A stretch of DNA of 64,000 nucleotides from the human T2T-CHM13v2.0 reference genome, Homo sapiens: NCBI RefSeq assembly GCF_009914755.1, contig NC_060933.1; one strand, written 5' to 3'. The position numbers and the translations under genes were made by a program. Positions 53,783 to 64,000 of this stretch are shown piece by piece. The stretch's first letter is position 1. Each line of letters opens with the position of its first letter. Below the pieces are notes generated by a model. That model was not told where the DNA came from and made no database searches. It worked only from the letters and a program-made list of their open reading frames with translations.

Positions 53783-54701
53783 TACTCTTTCTGCTTTCTC
53801 TCTCTCATATTGAAAGAGACTTTCTTTTAAATGATCACATTCATTCATTAGCTTCTTATTTTTCTCTTCTAGCACGAGGTCTTTCCACTCTCAATAAAGC
53901 CTCTTTGGATATTAGTTACTATCTCTTTATGATACTCTTTCTGATGAACATCATCTAGTTGCTGTTCAATGCACGGATTTTCATGTTGGAATTGACATAT
54001 CCTCTCTTCTACACAGCTCCACTTTCCAGTGGAATTACCCACTTTAGCTTCTGCATTTTGATACATCTCTTTCATTTCCTTTATTTGCTGCTGTGTTTGG
54101 CTTAGGTCGTTTTGTACAGTTTCTGAAGCCAATGACTTTTTTCTGAGAGTATCTCTTGTCTTACGGAACTTATCTTTTAAGGTATTGAATTTATTTTGTG
54201 TTTTAGAAAGTTGTTCAGTAAGAAACTCATTCTTATCTTCTACTTCGGAAATATCAGAACTCATTTTTACTTGTACGGAAACATCTTGCGTTCTCTCTAA
54301 AGCAAGTTTTAGGTTTCTTTCTGTTTTCACACTTTCACTGTGTTTACTTATAGTAGCAGCCAGTCTAGACTGATAAGATTCAGTTTCAGCTTCCAGTCTT
54401 TTGTTGCTTTCTTCTTCCTTCAACAGTTCGGAATTGAGCCTTGTATTCTCAGCTTTGACATCATTAAGCTCTTGTTGATACCAGAATGCTGTTTTTGTTA
54501 TCAATTCCTCATTGAGTTTTATATACTTTACAAGGGCAGCATTTGTTTTTCTAACAATTTTAACGTCCTTAAGATATTTATTTTCTTTTCCCGGTTGTCA
54601 TTTTTCATTGAGCATATTTCCTGTCTGAGTATAGAAATATCTGTCTTCAAAATGCAATTTTCATCCATCAGATCTTTCATTTCTTCATGATTATGAAAAT
54701 C
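53783..54701 (-). pseudogene. ANKRD20A: Large coiled-coil exon of ANKRD20A type, two frameshifts
   Basis: ttttatttag|gattttcat (DFHNHEEMKDLMDENCILK); ORF 53869..54504 closely matches recalled ANKRD20A (YQQELND.KAENTRLN, ERNLKLALERT, IVTNIQRGFIESGK); 1-bp deletion near 54585, 4-bp deletion near 53882; read-through of the donor gives VSIKEDKYFQTSRKKI* (stop 53732-53734). Confidence 0.93.
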
Positions 54702-55870
54702 CTAAATAAAACAAAAGAAAGTTTTAGCTAGTACTCAATAAAATAACATATCATGATTACCTCTGAAGTTAAAGAATAACCTGCACATCCATACACTAAA
54801 AAGGTTACTGTAAGTGAATATCCAACTGGAGAAAAAGTTGAAGCAAAACTTTGAACCTTATAGAGCATAAATTACAAAAAGTTCAGAAATTTATTTAAAG
54901 TCAATGAATTTATAAAAGTAAACACACACACACACACTAGAGAATTTTTAAGAATTTCAGAATTGGAAAAGCCTTTCCCTGAATTACAACAAACTGAAAA
55001 GCATAAATTAAAGCATTAACAAATTTGACTAAATTAAAATATATCAAAAAATTGCACTTACACTTTGATATCTAACCCATACACCACCCTACAGTAAGAA
55101 CCTTAGTTCACACGTATTTGGACAGATAAAATTTCCCAGAGGAGTTATTACAGTTCTGTTTCACTGATAACATTCTATTTCAATTTGACTCTTTTAACAC
55201 TTTTATAGTCAGTTGTAAGAATTACATTTACTAAATCATAAATCTAGACCTTATACTAGTCACTCCTATATACATTCATTGATGAACTCATCTAGTTACC
55301 ACAATTTTGAAAAAGAAATGTTAAAAATATAAGCAAGCTACAGGATTTTCCCCAGGACTTCTGACTCTACTTCTAGTTCTCTGACAGATCACAGTTACTT
55401 CTGTGGTGTAAATATATCAATACGAAAGAAAACTTTTATTTCAAAACACCAATGGTAAATAAGATAAAATTTATAGAGCTCTTCTTAGAATATCATGAGA
55501 TTATTTGTGATTGCAATAATTTGTTTCCTCTTTATAGTATTAGGTACAGTAATCAATATGAAATAGGGGGAAGTACAAGGAACAATTTTACTGGGAACAA
55601 AATCTTTATCAATAGGTTATCACTAAGGATATATTATGTCACATTATTGTTTTCAAAAGCTCTTTGTAATAAAATAATATCCTATGTGGATACCAAGATT
55701 TATAATAAATAGTAATAATTGTACCTGTAATTGTCATCATTCATTTTTTAAAAATGAGATAACATTTCTGCTTTTAGACCTAAATATTGTATATTAAATC
55801 AAGAGGATATTATAAGTAACTTGATAAAATAAAGTTTAAAATATAGAATTTTTACCAAAGATTGATTTAC

Positions 55871-56047
55871 CTGATTTGGAGTATTTCTTGCAGTCTTCGG
55901 TTTCATCTCTAGTGATTGAACAGTTGGTTCAAGTTGTTTGCTTCAACTTCTTTCTTATATTTTTTCTCTTTCCTTTCTAATTCTTCTCTATTTTTGTACA
56001 GCATATTAACATTTGTTTTTTCTTCATTTTCTTGTCTTAAGATGCAT
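55871..56047 (-). pseudogene. ANKRD20A-family exon with frameshift (CILRQENEEKTNVNMLYKNREELERKEK...)
   Basis: tatctgcag|atgcatc...aatcag|gtaaat; gaagcaaacaacttgaa lacks one A relative to the EAKQLEPTVQSLEMK frame. Confidence 0.88.
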
Positions 56048-57071
56048 CTGCAGATAAAGACATTTATCTTAAAATTCATTTGTTAAAAAATAAAGAGATC
56101 ATCCTGTGATCTACCTCTGCAGATGCTCTTTATCATCCTAATAAAATTTCTATGTTCTGGATTATTTTTCCTTTGTAGTTCTCAGATATTTAATTTCTCA
56201 CTTCAACATCTTCAAACTAATGCATATACTTGAAAAATAGTAAGGAAAGAATATTCTGCTAAAGTTTTTATTACTAGTCACTCTAGTATGTATTATAAAA
56301 AAGGATACTGGAAATAATTCAGTATAGTTAGAAGTTCAAAATTACCTTTTCAAATCACACAGTCATAATTACTACCTGATTAGAAAAGGTCATTTACAAT
56401 CAACTAAATTTTTAAAGTTACTATTTATTGACAAGCGTATAAGTTCACTAGAAATAAATTTTCATCTCTATGAAATATTGCAGGTGTCTCTTCAAATGAT
56501 TTACAGAGTAAGATGTATCTCATACAAACTATATCTGCAGATGATTGTCATCTAAAACTAGGCTAAAGAGTCTAACATCTGTTACCCCACACTTTTTCTA
56601 ATTCTTTCTTAATACTTCCAATTCACCTTCTTATTACATATATTTTATATATTTATTAAGCTATTGTTCATTATGTGTAATATATAATTAATGCCCTTAA
56701 TAAGTGTGTGTATGTTTACACAAGTTATGTTTTCCTGTGAAATCTAGTCCCAGAAGTGGAGTTGTTGAGTTAAAGGGATGTCAGGTTATTTGAAATTTTG
56801 ATAAACAGCACTAAGTTACCCTTCAGAAATAATTTACCAATTTCATATACAAACAGTGTATGAGAGTGCCTTTTTCCTCACATTTTCAATGGTAGGAATT
56901 ACTTTTTCAATATCAGCATGACTTTACAAAATATATGTTATTTTATGTTAATTTTCATTTTTCTGATTACCAGGCAGGGCTAAATATCCCTGGTAAAACT
57001 ATAAAACTTGTTAATAATAATGAACATTAGTCCAATTTTGAATTAGTTTATAGCACAATGACAATTATTTA

Positions 57072-57398
<327 letters not shown>

Positions 57399-57419
57399 CA
57401 CTGCTATAGGCTTACTTAC

Positions 57420-57583
57420 CTATCGTGCTCTTCCTTCAGTTTCTTGGGAAATTGCTGAGGATACATTTTCCCAATCTTTCTTTGTTTGGTTAATCTGTCA
57501 GCAGCAGCAGAAGATGTACTATGACATACATTTTCTGATAGTTGTATTTTTTCACTTTTATTTGTATTATTTCCTTCTTTGAC
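57420..57583 (-). pseudogene. ANKRD20A-family exon (VKEGNNTNKSEKIQLSENVCHSTSSAAADRLTKQRKIGKMYPQQFPKKLKEEHDR)
   Basis: tttattaaag|gtcaaa...gatag|gtaagt. Confidence 0.9.
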
Positions 57584-59324
57584 CTTTAATAAAAGTAATA
57601 TGAATAATAATTATTATTTTATTCAATAAAAAAAACCTTTTTCCCTGATTTTTTCACTTGATTCAGGTTAACTATCACCATTTTAATGATAAAAGTATTT
57701 TGTGCTTACTTTAATTTTATCATTATACATAATAATTATAAGATACTCATCATTTTGTCATTGAAATTTTTGTCAAGTCTGCTCATTTCTGTTTGAGTGA
57801 ATGGAAGAATTTTCCAAAATTTCAAAAAGGACTCTTCTCCATTTTGTGCTTTTATTCGCATCCACTCTTTGCTATCTGATATAAATGTTTATGCTATCTG
57901 ACTGGCAGAAACAGAGAAATAAAAAGACACAGGCATAACATATATCTTCTGTCATTGCCACCTGGATTTTACATGAAATAGCCAGATTAAGAGGATGTGA
58001 CCTTGTAGGGCTTCAGGAACAGTAAAGAAATTTTCCCTTTTCTGCACTGAGCTATTCTTTTCCCCACTGTCTTTTATCTCTTTTTTTTTTTTTTTTGAAT
58101 CCTGGGATATCAAAAAAGTGAAAGTTCTCCCTGAACTATGGGAACCAATGTTTGCCACAACACAAGAAGCAGAGTGAAACTGCTGAGTTTCTAGTGCAGA
58201 ATTCTGGAAAACGAGATGCTTCCCAGACTTCACATTCAATTACCACAAACGTTTATAGGTGGAAAACATACGGTACAGTTATCTACTTTAGCCCCATTAT
58301 CTACTGAAAATGGGAGTCAAACCAACCAAGACATATGAAATGTTTCATCCAGAGCTCTTGAGGTGGCATTCCCTAGCATTTCATGACACCAAATAACATG
58401 ATACAATTCCATATTGCTGAATTACATAAATTACCAGATAAATTTATCAAATTAGTCAGATATGTTAAAAGTCTAACTTGAGCAAAGCAATTTAACACCT
58501 CAGAGGGTGGAAAAAGGCCTCATCTGCTTTTACTTTGAAAGAAGAAAATCTCTAGAATTTTGTCTATCTTTAGAACACAATGTACAGAACTCAGCTTTCT
58601 ACTAAAGAGTCAAAGGTTAAATTTTTAGCTAAGAAATTATGCTTCTTACATGATAAAAATCATACATGCCAAAACTTACCATACTTTATTAAACAACATA
58701 ATGTAAGGTCTGATTCAACAGAAATATTGGAGTGGTGATTTTTTAAAATATGTGGAAGTATATATTTGTTTTCAAAATATTGGAAATAACCATGATGGAA
58801 CTATAAATTCAAACAGTTTGAGCTAAGCAGATAAACTTGCATGCATGAAAACACATTAAACAGACTCATTTGGCTGGGAATATTCATTGCAACTCTCAAG
58901 GCTAGACGTGTATTTGTGGCTCATCTCAGTCATTGCTTCCCTCTCATTGTACTCCCATTCTATCATTAAATAAATGTAATTCATCTCTAAATAAATACAG
59001 AAAAAAGAATCTAGAATCTAAAGCTTATTTCTTTAGCAATTTCTTTATGTTGATCTGGTTCAGAAGGTCACATGGTATATGGCTGAATTAGTTTCCCAGC
59101 TCATATGCCACTTGGAAGACTGAGAGTGAGACTTAGGTTGATTAATGAAGAAACATTATGAGAACATTCTCCAGAACCGTTGTTTAGATAGCAGGACTAA
59201 TCTACTTTGACACATAATTACACATTTAGAAAACCCCGCTGTAACTGTACACATGAGATTTTCTTGAATAGAAAATTTGACTAAATCAAATAATTGATAA
59301 AGAGAAAAAAGAAGCAGCAAGTGA

Positions 59325-60362
59325 ACCTCTGTCTTTTTGAAGTTGGATTTTCTCTTTCTCCAAAGCCAGGAACTCTACTTGTAACATGCCTACCTCATTC
59401 TTTTTACTATTATTATACTTTAAGTTCTGGTACATGTGCACAATGTGCAGGTTTGTTACATATGTATACATGTGCTATGTTAGTGCCCTTGGAATATCTT
59501 GCTGTAAGTCTTCTAGCTATATTTTTGATGTTCTCTCACTATGTGGCAAAGAATAACCCGCATTTTATAATTCAAGATTCATGCTTTTGTAGTTATTAAC
59601 ACTGGGATTGTCATACAGTGGCTTCTGGAATAAGCACTGTGTTGGTTTTCTGTTTTTATAAGTATCTGTAGCAGCAGAAATACTGTGGCTTTCTATCTGA
59701 ATCATATGCTTCATTTCTTTGGGGTGGGTAAACCACAAATCAAAAAGACTTTCTGGATCTCTAGACTGAGACCAATGCCTAATGTCTAATTTCCAATTAG
59801 TGGTATTTGGGTTTATATATTTTTCCATGTGCATGTCAAACTCTTAATCACCTTTCATTTCAATCATAATTACTGGGTTCCTTACTTTTTCAGTTTCTAT
59901 ATCATAACAAAAATTTTCATCATCTGTGTTAGAAACAAGCTATGTGTCTGGTTTGTTATCATTTTTATAGTCTGATTTATTTTAATTTAAATGAAGCTTA
60001 GAAGATGACTGGTAAGTGTATTTCACGGACCTGGAGTGTGAATGGAATAAAAAGGCATTTGACATGGGCTTCCTCTGTTCAGGCACTGCCTGGACTGCCA
60101 CAGAGCTAGACCCTCCAGACACATTTTTCTCCTCACAATCAGGGACATGATTCATCAGATTAGAGGGCACTCCTTTTTTGTTCATCCTTCTTTAGAGTTA
60201 CTATGTAGGAGCTCTTCCTCAGGGCAAGCAGTAATTTTGGAGTTTTCAGAACTTTTACCAATATTCAGCTTGAACTTGTTTGTAATGAATTTTAAAGAAA
60301 GTCATGAATATATAGATAAATTCCCTTTATCACAATTCTTACCCTGTTCTGGTTCTTGAGAC
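59325..60362 (-). pseudogene. Fossil ~1-kb exon of CCDC144-like type, disrupted
   Basis: Fragments SQEPEQGKNCDKGNLSIYS*, ENSKITACPEEELL, VPDCEEKNVS, YQSSSKLHLN, NNYKSMNLEL and KNEVGMLQVEFLALEKEKIQLQKD resemble the recalled CCDC144 large exon; stops, frameshifts and an L1 insert. Confidence 0.7.
59401..59484 (-). mobile_element. ~85-bp extreme 3' end of L1PA inside the fossil exon
   Basis: tattattatactttaagttct(a)ggtacatgtgcacaatgtgcaggtttgttacatatgtatacatgtg is the canonical L1PA terminus. Confidence 0.92.
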
Positions 60363-61634
60363 TTTTTTTTTTTTTTTGGCAGGTGCAAAATGGAAAACAA
60401 ATTTGCTTGTTTTGTTTCTCAGATATCTTTTCTGTCAGAGTGCATGTTTTAAAATTAGCTTTAATCAAGTATAAACAAAGAAATATTAGAAAATAATTAA
60501 AATTTAACTGCGAAACTTAATCTATGTGTTGCTACTCTTAAATTATGGGATTGTAACTAAAAAGTGAAAAATAATTTGCCTTGGCTTAACATAGGACAGA
60601 AACATGAACCAGCAAGCTGAACTCTCAGTGTCTGTTTGGACTAAACTTAATGCATTTGTGTAAAATCTACCAGAAATGAATTCAAAGATGATAGGTAGTA
60701 TTATAAAAGCTTCCTCTCTTACAAAGACTTTACCTCAGCATATCAGAAAGAGTAAGCCCCTACAGTGCATGTTTATTTCTGAAGATGAACTAGAGCACTC
60801 GGCAAACACTAAATTATTAAGAGCTAAACTGAACACTAATAAGAAAGAGAAGCAAACTTTTAAATTCTAATTCAAATGATATACTATGATAGTGTTATGT
60901 ATCTAGATAGAATTTCTGCTTATATCCACTTCTAATATATTTTAAGTTCCAATAGTGACAGGGTTTGGATTTTTTAAATTTTAGTAATATTTACTATGTA
61001 TTTATGTGGAAATACAGTTATTGTTCACACCCTGACACCAAAGGTCCCATTCTGCAAGGTAGGATTCTCTTAGTAGGCAACTGCATTGACTTTTATGACC
61101 CCATTCACTGCCTGAACACAGACAGAGAAGTCAACTGGTGACCACGAAAGAGAATAAATCTTTAACCTCGGCACTGGTGAACAGCAATATAAAACTGCAC
61201 CATTTGAAGCACTGGCAATGATGACTCCTTTAACACTAGTTTAACTCAGTGGCCATTGTGGTTAAACTGTTCATAATTTCTATTCCTCAGTAATATGACC
61301 CAGTACTTCATGTTACCTTGTGTATTATGAGTAAGTTTATACAAATAAAACAGCAAGATAATTCTGAAAATTTCTTGCCTCAATTCCAAGGGTAAAGATA
61401 GCTATGAGTTACTAGAGATACTAAGAATTACTAGAATAACTAATAGTTACTAGAGATAGTAAGAATATCTTAAGTTTCATAAATTGTTAAAATGTTTTAA
61501 AAATTAAATATAAAATTATGATCTATTGGATTCTAAAGCTATAGTCTAAAAGGTGATGTCATTTGGACTATGCTTTGTTAGTAAAGCAAAAAAAAAAAAC
61601 ATAATATTAAACAAGAACTTAAATTTTCATATAC

Positions 61635-61705
61635 CTGTGGTTGCTTCTTTTCACTTCTTTCACACCTTTCTTGCTCTTCCTGTAAAGCCACTGGTAAGGT
61701 TTGTT
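61635..61705 (-). pseudogene. ANKRD20A-family exon (EQTLPVALQEEQERCERSEKKQPQ)
   Basis: ttgtcaacag|aacaaacc...ccacag|gtatat; 71 bp. Confidence 0.85.
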
Positions 61706-62216
61706 CTGTTGACAAATTCATTGATTTAGTTCAAATGAACTAAGAAGAGTTAGATAAAGACTATAATCTTTATAAAAATAAATAGAGATAACATTTCTTT
61801 GTATTTTATATTTTGAGAGTTTGAATGAAACAATGTTTACTGAAATATTTACTTCTGTAAGAAATACTTCTAATTATCCAAAACTTCAGCAAACCACTTG
61901 GGGAGACACTAGATATCACCAGATTCAAGCCATGCAAAATCACAGGGTCACTCACAAATTGTTCCACCCAACATAAGTCAACAAAACTGTTGGAAACAAA
62001 ACAGAAATTTGAAATACAGTCAAAATATACAATGTAATGCTTTACTATACTTCATAACAGTATCTTTTTAACAAGACACTGAGTTGGCAGTTACTAATAA
62101 TTTGCAAAATTATTGTTCTTTATACCTCAATTAGTGTGCACCCCATTTTTTACATCACAAATGTTTTCCCCTGCTTTCTGAAAAATTTATTTTCATCTTT
62201 TAAGACTCAGAAAGTA

Positions 62217-62510
62217 GGCTGGGCATAATAGCTCACATCTGTAATCCCAGCACTTTGAAAGGCCAAAATGGGAGAATTGCTCAAGGCCAAGAGTTTAAGA
62301 CAAGCCTGGGAACCATAGGTAACCTTGACTCTACAAAAAATTAGACAGGTATGGTGATATGTTCCTGTTGTCCCAGCTACTCAAGAAGCTTAGGTGAGAA
62401 GATCCCTCAAGCCCAGGAGTCTGAGGTTTCAGTGAGTCTCAATCATGCCATTGCACTCCATCCTGGGTGATAGAGTAAGAACTTGTCTCCAAAAAGAGGA
62501 AAAAAATAAA
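62217..62510 (+). mobile_element. Alu (AluJ-like)
   Basis: Diverged dimer; gagaattgctcaaggccaagagttt. Confidence 0.9.
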
Positions 62511-63053
62511 GGCTCAGAATGCTATGTGAAATCTTCCTTGATTCTAGCTATCTTTCTCCACACACACAGGTGTCTGCTTCGTTGGGGTCCCTTAGTACCT
62601 TGTCAATTTTTCTAGTGTCACTTTACCACCTGAACTGCACATCATGTCTTTACATGTTGACCCCCTTTGCTGCTAGACTGTAGAGGACAATCTTTTGAAT
62701 CATCTTTGTATAAACAGTCTTAATTTTGCTAAATAATTAGTTATTGAGTTCCTGCTAAGTGTTAGGCACTGGGGTAAAAGGAAGGAAAATAGAAGCTGTC
62801 AGGGATGGCTTTCCTAAAGATCATGCATGAGCTGAGACTTAGAGAGAGAGGTTAGCCAGATTAAGCGAGGCAGAGGGCAGGAAAGGGTGAGCACATGCCA
62901 GGAAGCAACAAGAGAGGAAGAGAAGCCTCCAAGAGAGTATGTATTTCTCTGCAGAAGAGGAATGGTGAGGGGGCCATTACCAGCAGCTCAGTAATTCCAG
63001 AGAAAAAGGCAGATGGGGAAAGGGATACAGATGGAGATTTGGGCAGAAATCAG

Positions 63054-63457
<404 letters not shown>

Positions 63458-63617
63458 TAAATACTGTGAGGAGCATAAAATTCTGAGGCATATAAATCAA
63501 TGAACAAAGATAAAATATAAGGCAATGTTGCAAAGATGATGCAGGCCTGAAGAGATGTTTTCAGAAATATTTAGGATATAGGTATCAGTGGCCATTATAA
63601 GAATGAATTTCTATTGA

Positions 63618-64000
<383 letters not shown>

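Noticed and set aside
53869-54504. 211-aa ORF as an intact gene
   Set aside because: It starts at TTG and is just the stretch between two frameshifts inside one pseudogene exon.

Overview
Primate (human-like) genomic DNA with the architecture of a pericentromeric segmental duplication; no prokaryotic features, RNA genes or intact protein-coding gene were found. The right half (about 29.8-64 kb, minus strand) is the 3' portion of an ANKRD20A-family (ANKRD18/ANKRD26 superfamily) unprocessed pseudogene: 11 recognisable exons plus one fossil CCDC144-like exon, with frameshifts, stops and broken splice sites, and introns filled with Alu, L1 and LTR elements. The left half holds the 5' half of an old L1, an ACTB 3'UTR retrocopy, two arrays of a degenerate ~18-bp GC-rich repeat, a processed SNX18 pseudogene and a ~17.7-kb tandem array of ~3.1-kb rearranged MaLR (MST/THE1-like) LTR+internal units. 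The most unusual signals are (i) that MaLR-derived macrosatellite, in which every unit carries an inverted cassette and DUX-type motifs, and (ii) a dense set of short, locally templated inverted insertions and fold-back hairpins across unrelated elements in the first 27 kb. Family assignments are from recalled sequence similarity, not database searches, and repeat boundaries are approximate.
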